DNA of 26,060 nucleotides. It comes from a virus (lineage: Duplodnaviria; Caudoviricetes). The stretch spans positions 1 to 26,060 of IMG/VR virus record IMGVR_UViG_3300035109_000054, one strand, 5' to 3'. Numbering within the stretch: the stretch's first letter is position 1; each line of letters starts with the position of its first letter. This document shows, one piece after another, positions 13,346 through 22,301 of the stretch. A program made the translations under genes and the position numbers. The notes beneath the pieces were generated by a model, which made no database searches, was not told the origin of the DNA, and saw nothing but the letters and a program-made list of their open reading frames with translations.

Positions 13346-15097
13346 ATGCCCCCCTGGTCGTTCGCCGTCCCCGACTGGGAATCCCGCATCCGGCAGGGAA
13401 AGCCCCTCCTCCCGGACCTCCCGCTCTTTCCCGACCAGGTGGAGCAAGCCCGCGGCGTCTTCAACCGCCTGCGCCTCGGCGACGTGCCGGGCAAGCCGAC
13501 GATGGAGCAGGCCTGCGGCGAATGGTTCCGCGATTTCGCGCTGGCCGTGCTCGCCAGCGTCGATCCCGCCACCGGCCGCCGCATGGTCCCCGAGGCCTTC
13601 CTCGTGGTCCCCAAAAAGAACAGCAAGACCACCGGCGGCGCGCTGCTGATGCTGACCGCGCTGCTCGCCAACCGCCGCCCCAACGCCGAATTTCAGTTGA
13701 TCGCGCCGACGCAGCTCATCGCGGAGCTGGCCTTCTCCCAGGTGCTCGGCGCGATCTCCGCCGACGCCTATCTGGCGAAAATGCTGCATGTGCAGGTCCA
13801 CAAGAAGCAGATCACCGATCCGCGCACGCTGGCCTATCTGCGCATCAAGAGCTTCGACCCCAAGATCCTGACCGGCACGCGCTCCGCCGGCACGCTGCTC
13901 GACGAAGTGCATCTGCTCGGCAATGAGCACGAGGCCGATCGCGTCGTGCGCCAGTTGCGCGGCGGCATGATCAGCCAGCCCGAGGCGTTCTTCGTGATGA
14001 TCACCACGCAAAGCGAGCGCCCGCCGGCCGGCGTGTTCAAATCGGAACTGGCCCGCGCCCGCGACGTGCGCGACGGCAAGCGCGACGAGGCCATGCTCGC
14101 CGTGCTCTACGAATTTCCCGACGCGATCCGAACGGCCCGCAAGGATCGCGAAGGCGTCTACGGCTGGGAAGACCCAAAACTGTGGCCGATGGTCACGCCG
14201 AACCTCAACCGCTCGATCTCGATCGGCGCGCTGATCTCGCTCTACAAAAAGGCCAAGGGCGACGGCGAAAGCGAACTGATCGGCTGGGCCTCGCAGCATC
14301 TCAACATAGAGGTCGGCCAGCAGCTCCGCGCCGACCGCTGGGCCGGCGCCGATCTGTGGCAAGGCGCGATCGACAAAAAGCTCGCCAGCCTCGACGATCT
14401 GCTCGAGCGCTGCGAGGTCGTCACGATCGGCATGGACGGCGGCGGCCTCAACGATCTGTTGTCGCTCGCCGTGATCGGCCGCGAGCGCGGTGACGGCGAC
14501 GTGTTCCGCCGCCGCTGGCTCTGCTGGACGCATAGCTGGGCCTATACTTCCGTGCTTGAGCAAAACAAGCAGGAAGAACCCAAGCTGCGCGACTTCGAAA
14601 AAGCCGGCGAACTGACCATCTTCGACCAGATGGGCGACGACATCGACGAACTGACGCAAATCGTCGTGAAGATCCACGAAACCGGCCTGCTCAGCCAGGT
14701 CGGCGCCGACGCCGCCGGGGTCGGCAGTTTCGTCGATTCGATCTACGCGGCGATCTTCGGCGGCGACCAGCCGCCGGAAGACGAAGACGCGCTGGTCGTC
14801 GCGGTGCCGCAAGGCTACCAGCTCCAGCAGGCCAGCAAGACCTGCGAGCGCCGCCTCGCCGATCGCCGCCTGCTGCACGGCGGCCAGGGCATCATGACCT
14901 GGGCGGTCGGCAACGCCAAAACCGAAATGCGGGGCAACGCCATGTATATCACCAAGGCGGTTTCGGGCTCCGCCAAGATCGACCCGCTAATGGCGCTGTT
15001 CGACGCGGCCTTCCTAATGGCCCGCAACCCGCAGACGAAGAGCGCGCAATCCGTCTACGTCGAAAAGGACATCCTCGTCCTGCGAATGGGCGCTTAA
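13346..15097 (+). CDS. terL: Terminase large subunit
   Basis: Walker A VPKKNSKT, Walker B TLLDEVH, motif III ITT, nuclease IGMDGGGLNDL, C-terminal KIDPLMAL. Confidence 0.95.
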   Translation: MPPWSFAVPDWESRIRQGKPLLPDLPLFPDQVEQARGVFNRLRLGDVPGKPTMEQACGEWFRDFALAVLASVDPATGRRMVPEAFLVVPKKNSKTTGGALLMLTALLANRRPNAEFQLIAPTQLIAELAFSQVLGAISADAYLAKMLHVQVHKKQITDPRTLAYLRIKSFDPKILTGTRSAGTLLDEVHLLGNEHEADRVVRQLRGGMISQPEAFFVMITTQSERPPAGVFKSELARARDVRDGKRDEAMLAVLYEFPDAIRTARKDREGVYGWEDPKLWPMVTPNLNRSISIGALISLYKKAKGDGESELIGWASQHLNIEVGQQLRADRWAGADLWQGAIDKKLASLDDLLERCEVVTIGMDGGGLNDLLSLAVIGRERGDGDVFRRRWLCWTHSWAYTSVLEQNKQEEPKLRDFEKAGELTIFDQMGDDIDELTQIVVKIHETGLLSQVGADAAGVGSFVDSIYAAIFGGDQPPEDEDALVVAVPQGYQLQQASKTCERRLADRRLLHGGQGIMTWAVGNAKTEMRGNAMYITKAVSGSAKIDPLMALFDAAFLMARNPQTKSAQSVYVEKDILVLRMGA

Positions 15098-15099
15098 GC

Positions 15100-16416
15100 A
15101 TGGCCTGGCCCTGGTCGCGCAAGACGTCGAAGGAAACCCTCCCCGCCGAGACGAAATCCTCGGCGGGAACGCCGGCGCAAGGCTTCCTGCCCTATCTCGG
15201 CACGATGCCCTCCACCGCCGGCACGCTGATCAACCAAGCGACGGCGATGGGCGTCGCGGCGCTGTTCGCCTGCGTGACGATCCGCTCGGAAGACGTCGCG
15301 CGCTGCCGCCCGAGCCTCTACCGCCCGACGCCGGACGGCTCCCGCGAGAAAATCACCGACCATCCGGTCGCCAAGCTGTTCCTGCGCCCCAACCGGTTGC
15401 AGACCTGGTTTGAATTCGTCGAGCAGATGCACGCCGGTCTGCTGCTGCGCGGCAACGCCTATGCGGTCATCCTGCGCGACAAGCGCGGCGTGCCGACCGA
15501 ACTGATCCCGGTCAATCCCGACGCGGTGATGGTGCTGGAAGCCGCCGACGGCTCGATCTTCTACAACGTCAACCGGGTCGGCCTGTTCCAGATCGCGGTG
15601 CTGCGCGATTTCCCGGTCCAGATCGCCGAGGAGGATATGTTCGCGCTGCGCGGCCTGGCGTTCAACGCGACGGTCGGCGCCAATCGCCTGGGGCTGGCCC
15701 GCGATTCGGTCGGCCTCGCCATCGCGATCGACCAACAGGCCGCGCGCTGGATGGGCAACGGCGCGCGTCCCAGCTTCGTGCTGGAGGTCGCCAAGAAACT
15801 CACGACCGATGTCGCGACACGGCTCAAGGAGCAGTTTAACAACCTGTTCTCCGGGATTCAAAACACCGGCGCGACACTGGTGCTGGAAGATGGCCTGACC
15901 GCCAAGCCGCTGTCGATCAATTCGGTCGATCTGCAATTCATCGAACAAAAGAAGCTGTCGGCGCTCGACATCTGCCGCTGGTTCCGCATGCCGCCACACA
16001 AGGCCGGCATTCCCGACGCCGGCTCAAAGCTCAACCAGGTCCAGGCCGACGCCGATTACGTCAACAACACGATCTGCCCGGACCTGGAGCGCTGGGAACA
16101 AAAGTTCATGCGCTGCTTCGATCTCGACGCCGAAGGGCTGGAGGTCGATTTCGACGAAGACAGGCTGCTGCGCGCCGACATCATGACCCGCGTCACGATC
16201 GGCCGAATGGAAATCATGTCCGGCATGAAATCGCCGGAAGAATTCCGCCTGTCGGAAAACCTTCCGCCGGAACCCAAGGTCGGCAAGCTGATGTTCCCGA
16301 CCAACCTCTCGGCGCTCGGCTCCGACATGACCGGAATCGGCGCGGAAGGCGGCGGCAGGCCGGAAGGCTCGACCGAGGACGCGCCACCGGATGCGCTGGC
16401 GCAGCCGCAAATCTGA
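15100..16416 (+). CDS. Portal protein, HK97 family
   Basis: ALFACVTIRSEDVA, LRPNRLQT, LLRGNAYA, NGARPS, DLQFIEQ, ICRWFRMPPH. Confidence 0.95.
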   Translation: MAWPWSRKTSKETLPAETKSSAGTPAQGFLPYLGTMPSTAGTLINQATAMGVAALFACVTIRSEDVARCRPSLYRPTPDGSREKITDHPVAKLFLRPNRLQTWFEFVEQMHAGLLLRGNAYAVILRDKRGVPTELIPVNPDAVMVLEAADGSIFYNVNRVGLFQIAVLRDFPVQIAEEDMFALRGLAFNATVGANRLGLARDSVGLAIAIDQQAARWMGNGARPSFVLEVAKKLTTDVATRLKEQFNNLFSGIQNTGATLVLEDGLTAKPLSINSVDLQFIEQKKLSALDICRWFRMPPHKAGIPDAGSKLNQVQADADYVNNTICPDLERWEQKFMRCFDLDAEGLEVDFDEDRLLRADIMTRVTIGRMEIMSGMKSPEEFRLSENLPPEPKVGKLMFPTNLSALGSDMTGIGAEGGGRPEGSTEDAPPDALAQPQI

Positions 16417-16474
16417 CGCCGCGCGCCCGGACCGCGAGCCTTCAGGCTCGCCCAAGCCCACCGGAAAGCAAGCC

Positions 16475-16696
16475 ATGCCGATCATTGTTCCCGCAGGCCT
16501 GTTCTTTCAGGTCCAAGTCGCCAACCGGCCATTGAAGGGCGGTTATAGACCGCCTAACGGCAAGCGCGTGAGACGTCGGCTTTGGGGAAAGCTCAGGCGC
16601 GAAACTTACCTTCGCGTCATGCCGAAACAGATGAAGCGCGGCGGCGTCATCAAGACGAGAGATGTCATTTGCCAACGCCAAATCCCGTTGAACTAG
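16475..16696 (+). CDS. Small highly basic hypothetical protein
   Basis: 73 aa, Arg/Lys-rich, fills the portal-protease gap, atypical codon usage. Confidence 0.45.
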   Translation: MPIIVPAGLFFQVQVANRPLKGGYRPPNGKRVRRRLWGKLRRETYLRVMPKQMKRGGVIKTRDVICQRQIPLN

Positions 16697-16704
16697 GGCG
16701 ACCC

Positions 16705-18306
16705 ATGACCATGAAGCGCAAATACATCTCCGGCGCGACGCTGCCCGACGCCACGCTCGGCGACCGGCAAATCCGCGTCATCGCCTCGACCCCGACCCCG
16801 GATCGGGTCAAGGACGTGATGGTCGCCCAGGGCTGCATCCTCGAGAATTACGCCCGCAATCCAATCGTGCTGGCGCAGCACGATCCCGACCACCCGATCG
16901 GCACGGCCAAGGCGGCCGTCGCCGGCGAGCAGATCGAGGCGCTGATCACCTTCGCGCCGCTCGGCGCCAGCAAGAAAGCCGACGAATATTGCGCGCTGGC
17001 CAAGGCCGGCGTCATCAGCACCGTCTCCATCGGCTACGAGCCGATCGAGGCCGAGCCGATCAAGGGCGGCGGCTACAGGATCAGCTCGTGGGAGCTGCTC
17101 GAACTCTCGCTCGTTTCCGTCCCCTGCAACCCGGAGGCCGTTGTGACGCAACGCTCGCTCGCCAAGGCGGACACCGCCGAAAAATGGAAAGTCGGCGCGT
17201 CGCGCAATCTCCCGATCGACATGGATACGGCATGGGACGGCCCGGCGGCGGAAGCCTCGATCTTCGACCATTGCGACTTCGATGGCGACGACCCCGATGT
17301 GACCCTCGCCCGCAAGGGCTTCCTCGTCTACGACGCCGCCAATCCCAAGCTGAAGGGCTCCTACAAGCTGCCCTTCGCCAAGGCAGTCGACGGCCGTCTG
17401 ACCGCGCTCGCCAGCGGCATTCGCGCCGCGGCGTCGCGCTTGCCCCAAAGCGATCTCCCCGACGACGTTCAAGAAAAGGCCCGCGCCGTCATCGATCATT
17501 ACGAGGAAAAGATGAAAGACAAATCGGCGCTCGCCATCAGAACCAAAGCCAACGCCGTCTTCGCGCGCAAAGACCTCTACGACGCCTCGCAACTCGCCTA
17601 TCTCCTCCAGGGCCTGGCGTCGCTGGCGTTCGGCGCGGATTGGGAGCGCGAATATGAGGGCGACGACAGCCCGCTTCCTGAAATGCTCGCCGAAATCGCC
17701 CGCTCCGCCGGCGAAGCGCTGATCGCGATGACCGAGGAAGAAACCCGCGAAGTCATCGCCAAGCTGCCCGGCGCGGCCGCCGACGGCCAAAAGGCCTATG
17801 CCGGCAAGAGCGGCCCGCTCCGCCTGCTGCGCGCCGCCGCGGCCAAATCCGGCGCGATCTTCTCGGCCGCGAGCAAGACGGCGATCGGCGAGGGGCTCGA
17901 CCAGATCAAGGACGGCCACAAGGCCGCCGACGGCCATGTCGACGACGCCATGAAATGCCACAAGGCCATCAAGGCCGTGGTCGGCAAGTGCAAGGCGCTG
18001 CACAAGGCGATGGGCGAGAACGAAGCCATCTCCGACCTCGCCGCCGAAGGGCTGGCCGAAATCCAAAAGAACTACGACGCGGTTGACGGCCATCTCGACG
18101 ACATGCGCGCCCATCACGGCGCCGCGCAGGACGGTCTCGACGACGTGAAAGCCGGCCACAAGCAAATCAAGTCGCTGGTGATGGACACTGCGACCGACTC
18201 GCCCGAAGCCAGCGGCGCCAACGCCGCGTCCTTCGCCGCGCCCTCCGCCAAGAGCTTTCGCGATCGCGAGATCGAGGTTCTCAGGTTGGCGGCCGACGCC
18301 GCTTAA
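16705..18306 (+). CDS. HK97-type prohead protease fused to extra domains and a scaffold-like tail
   Basis: IASTPTPDRVKD, NPIVLAQHD..PIG, VSIGY, ELLELSLVSVPCNPEA, followed by about 380 further residues. Confidence 0.9.
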   Translation: MTMKRKYISGATLPDATLGDRQIRVIASTPTPDRVKDVMVAQGCILENYARNPIVLAQHDPDHPIGTAKAAVAGEQIEALITFAPLGASKKADEYCALAKAGVISTVSIGYEPIEAEPIKGGGYRISSWELLELSLVSVPCNPEAVVTQRSLAKADTAEKWKVGASRNLPIDMDTAWDGPAAEASIFDHCDFDGDDPDVTLARKGFLVYDAANPKLKGSYKLPFAKAVDGRLTALASGIRAAASRLPQSDLPDDVQEKARAVIDHYEEKMKDKSALAIRTKANAVFARKDLYDASQLAYLLQGLASLAFGADWEREYEGDDSPLPEMLAEIARSAGEALIAMTEEETREVIAKLPGAAADGQKAYAGKSGPLRLLRAAAAKSGAIFSAASKTAIGEGLDQIKDGHKAADGHVDDAMKCHKAIKAVVGKCKALHKAMGENEAISDLAAEGLAEIQKNYDAVDGHLDDMRAHHGAAQDGLDDVKAGHKQIKSLVMDTATDSPEASGANAASFAAPSAKSFRDREIEVLRLAADAA

Positions 18307-18309
18307 AGT

Positions 18310-18439
18310 TCAAGCGGCGGCGGGAATAGAGACCCGCGCTCTGGGGCTACAAACGGTCGCGATGCGGTAGACCGGCCTGGAGGCTTCGCAAACTATGCCG
18401 CGGCGTGCGCGAAAGCCGGATACATCTCGGCCTGCTTGA
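18310..18439 (+). ncRNA. tRNA-like structured RNA, not a canonical tRNA
   Basis: Closing stem TCAAGCGG/CTGCTTGA, 2-nt linker, arm GCGGG-AATAGAGA-CCCGC, two long internal arms, and a 5-bp/7-nt-loop arm GCCGG-ATACATC-TCGGC adjoining the closing stem. Confidence 0.55.
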
Positions 18440-18507
18440 TTGTCATTCTTCGAATTCCCGCGCGACATGCGCGGGCGCCCATAACCGCCTTGGGCAAGCA
18501 GACACGC

Positions 18508-18554
18508 GCGTCGTGAGACGCCCGATCCCTAGCCGCTCGTCGTGAGACGCCGGC
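18508..18554 (+). repeat. Two CGTC-GTGA-GACG GNRA-tetraloop hairpins in the capsid leader
   Basis: CGTCGTGAGACGC at 18509-18521 and 18538-18550, just upstream of the AAGGA SD. Confidence 0.75.
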
Positions 18555-18572
18555 GCAGAAGGACTCCTCCAG

Positions 18573-20042
18573 ATGGAAAAAATCCACCTTCTAAAGGCGG
18601 AGCGCGAGACCGCGCGCGACGCGATGAATGCGATCATCGAAAAGATGGTCGAATTGAACAATGGCAAGTCGTTCGGCACCGAAGAGAAGGCCTCTTACGA
18701 CGGCTTGAAAAAGCAGGTGGAAGCGAAATCCGCCGAAATCAAGCGCATCGACGGCGACATCGCTCGCATCAACGAGGTCAACGCCTTCAAGGCTGCGTCC
18801 GCGCAGCCCGCGCCGGGACAAGACGAAACGCTCCCCGCGACCGTCGAGACCGACAAATACGTCAAGGACAAGTCGCTGCTGCTCGGCGCCTTCGCCAAGA
18901 CGATCGGCCTCGCCGGCGGCGACATCTTCAACGCCAGCGCGCGCGCCAAGATGATCTATGGCGAGAGCCATCCGGTCACCAAGTCCTTCATGGCGGCGAC
19001 CTCGCAAAAGGCGCTGGTCATGGCGTCGGGCGCGTCCGGCGGCTTCATCGTTCCGCCCGACGTGATGACCGAGATCATCGAACTGCTGCGCGCCAAGGCG
19101 GTGGTTCGCGCCGCCGGACCGCGCAACATCCCGATGCCGCGCGGCACGATGACGCTGCCCGGCCAGGCCAGCGCCGCCACCGCGACCTATGGCACGGAGA
19201 CAGGCTCGATCGGCGCGTCGCAGCAGACGCTGCGCCAGATCGTCGCGACCTACAAGAAGCTCAGCGCATTGGTGCCGGTCTCCAACGACATGATGCGCTA
19301 CGCCGACCCGGCCGTCGACGCCTTCGTGCGCGACGACATCGTGAAAGTCATGGCGCTGCGCGAGGATCTGGCCTTCCTGATCGGCGACGGCACGCAAAGC
19401 ACGCCGCGCGGCTTCCTCAGCTTCGCCAATACCTGGGTCGGATTTAACGGCGGCACGATCGGATCGTGGAGCACGACCGCCAATTCGGTTTACGCCGTCA
19501 ACGCCGCCGACCCCGCCAACACCACCGGCGGCAATTTCATCACGTCGAACGCGACAGTCAGTCTCGTCAACACGGCGAACGAACTCGGCGGCGCGGTCAA
19601 TCGGCTCGACACCGCCAAGGTCCCGGAAGACAAGCGCTGCTGGTTCTTCCATCCGCGCATCTACAACTACCTCTATAACCTGATCAACTCGCTCGGCCTT
19701 TACGTCTACCGCGACGAATTGGACGAGGGGAAACTGCTCGGCTATCCGTTCCGCAAGACGACGCAAATCCCGACGACCTATTGGGACAGCGCCGGCTCGG
19801 TCAAGACGCAGACCTTCATCTTCCTCGCGGAAATGACCGAGGCGATGATTCTCGACTCGATGCAGCTCGAACTCGCCGTGTCGCGCGAGGGCAGCTATGT
19901 CGATTCGACCGGCGCGACCGTTTCGGCGTTCCAGAGCGACCAGACCATCATTCGCGCGATCGCCGAACATGACTTCCAGCTTCGCCACGACCAATCCGTC
20001 GCGGTGATTCAGGGCGTCGCCTGGGCGCCGGCGATCTCCTAA
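18573..20042 (+). CDS. Major capsid protein, HK97 fold with N-terminal delta-like domain
   Basis: Coiled-coil N-terminus, SGGFIVPPD..IIELLR, KLSALVPVSNDMM, DLAFLIGDGT..PRG, LLGYP, FQSDQTIIRAIAEHDF. Confidence 0.95.
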   Translation: MEKIHLLKAERETARDAMNAIIEKMVELNNGKSFGTEEKASYDGLKKQVEAKSAEIKRIDGDIARINEVNAFKAASAQPAPGQDETLPATVETDKYVKDKSLLLGAFAKTIGLAGGDIFNASARAKMIYGESHPVTKSFMAATSQKALVMASGASGGFIVPPDVMTEIIELLRAKAVVRAAGPRNIPMPRGTMTLPGQASAATATYGTETGSIGASQQTLRQIVATYKKLSALVPVSNDMMRYADPAVDAFVRDDIVKVMALREDLAFLIGDGTQSTPRGFLSFANTWVGFNGGTIGSWSTTANSVYAVNAADPANTTGGNFITSNATVSLVNTANELGGAVNRLDTAKVPEDKRCWFFHPRIYNYLYNLINSLGLYVYRDELDEGKLLGYPFRKTTQIPTTYWDSAGSVKTQTFIFLAEMTEAMILDSMQLELAVSREGSYVDSTGATVSAFQSDQTIIRAIAEHDFQLRHDQSVAVIQGVAWAPAIS

Positions 20043-20103
20043 TCCATGACGCGGCGCGCGTGACGCGTCGCGCTCCCACCCCACATTCGAAAGGGCCACT
20101 CCG

Positions 20104-20580
20104 ATGGCTGATATCGTAACGCAGAAAAATATCGTCGCGATGATCGACGTGGTTCGCGCCAGCGCCGCCGCCTCGGCCGTCGCCGCCGGCTCGGGCGACG
20201 CGACGACCACGACCGGCGCGACGATCGACCGCATGGGCTATGGCGGCTCCATGCCGAGCAGCGCCCTGTTCTCGGTCATTTACGACGCCACGCTGGCGAG
20301 CGGCAAGACGCTCTCGATTGGCTACGCCGTCCAGCATTCCCCGGACAATTCGTCCTGGGCGGACTATCAAACCGCGACTTACGCCGTGGTCGCGACCGGC
20401 GCCTCTGGCGGCTCGGTCGCCGCCGGCGAATTCAACGTCGCGGTCAATCTGAACAACGCCAATCGCTACGTGCGCATCAACTACAACCCGGATCTGAACG
20501 CCTCGGGCACGGACACCAATGTCACGCGCGCCGTGGCGGCCATCGCCGGCTTCGACCGCCTGCCGGCCTCGAACGCTTGA
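20104..20580 (+). CDS. Putative capsid decoration/cement protein
   Basis: Directly after the capsid gene. Ala/Thr/Ser-rich beta-type sequence with TGATIDRMGY and RYVRINY motifs. Confidence 0.65.
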   Translation: MADIVTQKNIVAMIDVVRASAAASAVAAGSGDATTTTGATIDRMGYGGSMPSSALFSVIYDATLASGKTLSIGYAVQHSPDNSSWADYQTATYAVVATGASGGSVAAGEFNVAVNLNNANRYVRINYNPDLNASGTDTNVTRAVAAIAGFDRLPASNA

Positions 20581-21371
20581 TTTACTCCCCCCAAACTCCC
20601 GGCGACGCCTCGGCGCCGCCGGCTCTTTCCGAGCCGCAGGCCGAGCGCATGCTCCGCGCGCGCGGAAAATCGCTGTTCATCGCGACGCCGGTGGCGCGCA
20701 ATCCGGTTCGGCAATATACGCTGGCGCTGCTCGATACGATGCTGCTGCTGGAGCGACTCCAAATCCGTTCGTGCCTTCGCTGGGTCGTCGGCAACTCCAA
20801 CCTTCCCGCCGCCAGGAACGAACTCGCCGCCGAATTTCTCGCGAGCGAATTTTCCGATTTATTGTGGATCGATGACGACATGGGCTGGAAGGCCGGCGAT
20901 GTCGTCCGCCTGCTCGCGTCCGACAAGGATCTGATCGGCGGCGTCGGCCGCAAGAAGACCGCGACGCTGGACGCCAGAGCCGAGACATGGTGTTGCCGCT
21001 TCCTGCCGGACGCGGATTTGCGGCAAGACGAAATGGGCGCGGTCGAGGTGCTCGGCGTCGGGACCGGCTTCGCCAAGGTCTCGCGGCGCGTGTTCGAGAC
21101 CATCGCGACGGCTCACCCGGAACTAAAGCGCCCCGCGCCAGACAGCATGTCGCCCGCCGCGCGCGAGAAGATGCACAGGTTTTTCCATTTCCTCGACGAC
21201 GGCTCGCGCTCGGTCAGCGAGGATTTCGCCTTTTGCGAACTCTGGCGCTCGCTCGGCGGGACGATCTGGGCCGATCCGACCATCGAACTGGTCCACGTCG
21301 GCGACAAGGAATTCACCGGCTCGTTTTCCGTGCTGCTACAGCCGGCGGCCCAACAGGAGTCAACGCGATGA
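20577..21371 (+). CDS. GT-A fold (GT2-like) glycosyltransferase
   Basis: LFIATP, LPAARNELAAEFL, LLWIDDD (DxD), VGTGFAKVSRRVF, SEDFAFC, IWADPTIELVHVG. TTG start overlaps the upstream stop. Confidence 0.8.
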   Translation: MIYSPQTPGDASAPPALSEPQAERMLRARGKSLFIATPVARNPVRQYTLALLDTMLLLERLQIRSCLRWVVGNSNLPAARNELAAEFLASEFSDLLWIDDDMGWKAGDVVRLLASDKDLIGGVGRKKTATLDARAETWCCRFLPDADLRQDEMGAVEVLGVGTGFAKVSRRVFETIATAHPELKRPAPDSMSPAAREKMHRFFHFLDDGSRSVSEDFAFCELWRSLGGTIWADPTIELVHVGDKEFTGSFSVLLQPAAQQESTR

Positions 21372-21583
21372 AGGGCGTCGAATTCACCAGGGACATGCGG
21401 CCCTACGCGCGCGGCGCGACCGCGCTGCTGCCCGACGCGCTGGCGACGCGGATCATCGCCGAGGGCGCGGCCAAGCCCTACGCCTTCCCGGAACAGCCGT
21501 TCGCGCATGGCGCGGTCGCGCAGGCCCCGGCGCCGGAGCCCGACGCTCTCGCGCATGGCTACAAGACCAAGCGGGCGCGCTGA
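21368..21583 (+). CDS. Small head-module protein
   Basis: GGAG SD, ATGA overlap, MKGVEFTRDMRPYARG..LPDALATRIIAEGAA. Confidence 0.7.
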   Translation: MKGVEFTRDMRPYARGATALLPDALATRIIAEGAAKPYAFPEQPFAHGAVAQAPAPEPDALAHGYKTKRAR

Positions 21584-22281
21584 TGCTGGGCTTTGGCTTC
21601 GGCGCGGGAACGGGCTCGAAATATGAGATCGTCACGACCGTTCTCGACGAGCCGAAAAGCTATGCGCTGACCGACCTCGCGACCGTCAAGCAGGAACTCA
21701 ATCTCGTCACGACCGACGCTAACCGCGACGCGGTTCTGGCCCGCTACATCGAGGCCTGCTCGGGCGCGATCCAAACCTATTGCAACCGCGTCTTTGCGAT
21801 CAAATCGGTTCAGGATGAAATCAGGCCGCCGCGCGAGGGCGATCTTCCAACCGCCGTCGCCGGGGTCGACCCGCTGCAGCTCTCGAACTGGCCCGTCGTC
21901 ACCTCGTCGCCGCCGACCGCGCTCTCCGTCATCGAAGGCCATGACACGGCCCTGACGCTCGGCGAAGATTTCGAACTCGACGCGAGGCGCGGCAGGCTGA
22001 TCCGGCTCAACTTGCACCGACCGTGCCGCTGGTATGACAAGACCATCGTCCAATACTCCGCCGGCTACGCCACCCTCCCCGCCGATGTCGTCGACGCCTG
22101 CATCGACTTCGTGAAGTTCCGCTATTTCGCGCGGATGCGCGATCCCTCGCTCAAGAGCGAAAACGTCGTCGGCGTCTATGAGGCGAGCTACCTTTGGGGA
22201 ACAGGCCCCGGCGGTCCCGACGACATGCCGGCGACCGTCGCCGGCAAGATCGACCGCTACCGCGTCCCGGTCATTGGCTGA
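21583..22281 (+). CDS. Head-tail connector (gp6-like adaptor)
   Basis: LTDLATVKQEL, IEACSGAIQTYCNRVF, VQYSAGYATLPADVVDAC. Confidence 0.85.
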   Translation: MLGFGFGAGTGSKYEIVTTVLDEPKSYALTDLATVKQELNLVTTDANRDAVLARYIEACSGAIQTYCNRVFAIKSVQDEIRPPREGDLPTAVAGVDPLQLSNWPVVTSSPPTALSVIEGHDTALTLGEDFELDARRGRLIRLNLHRPCRWYDKTIVQYSAGYATLPADVVDACIDFVKFRYFARMRDPSLKSENVVGVYEASYLWGTGPGGPDDMPATVAGKIDRYRVPVIG

Positions 22282-22301
22282 AAAGTTTTTGGGGTGAGAT
22301 C

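Noticed and set aside
13604-13633. TerL Walker A reads PKKNSKT rather than GKT/S
   Set aside because: As I recall this variant occurs in a group of proteobacterial prophage terminases, and the other motifs are intact, so it is not evidence of inactivation.
18310-18439. Canonical tRNA or tmRNA call
   Set aside because: No TTCRA T-loop, no standard anticodon arm, no CCA and no tag ORF. Retained only as a tRNA-like structure.
12992-20234. Long minus-strand ORFs (12992-14878, 15094-15999, 16693-18165, 18591-20234)
   Set aside because: They are antisense shadows of terL, portal, protease and capsid, expected from high GC3 codon bias, and show no recognisable motifs.
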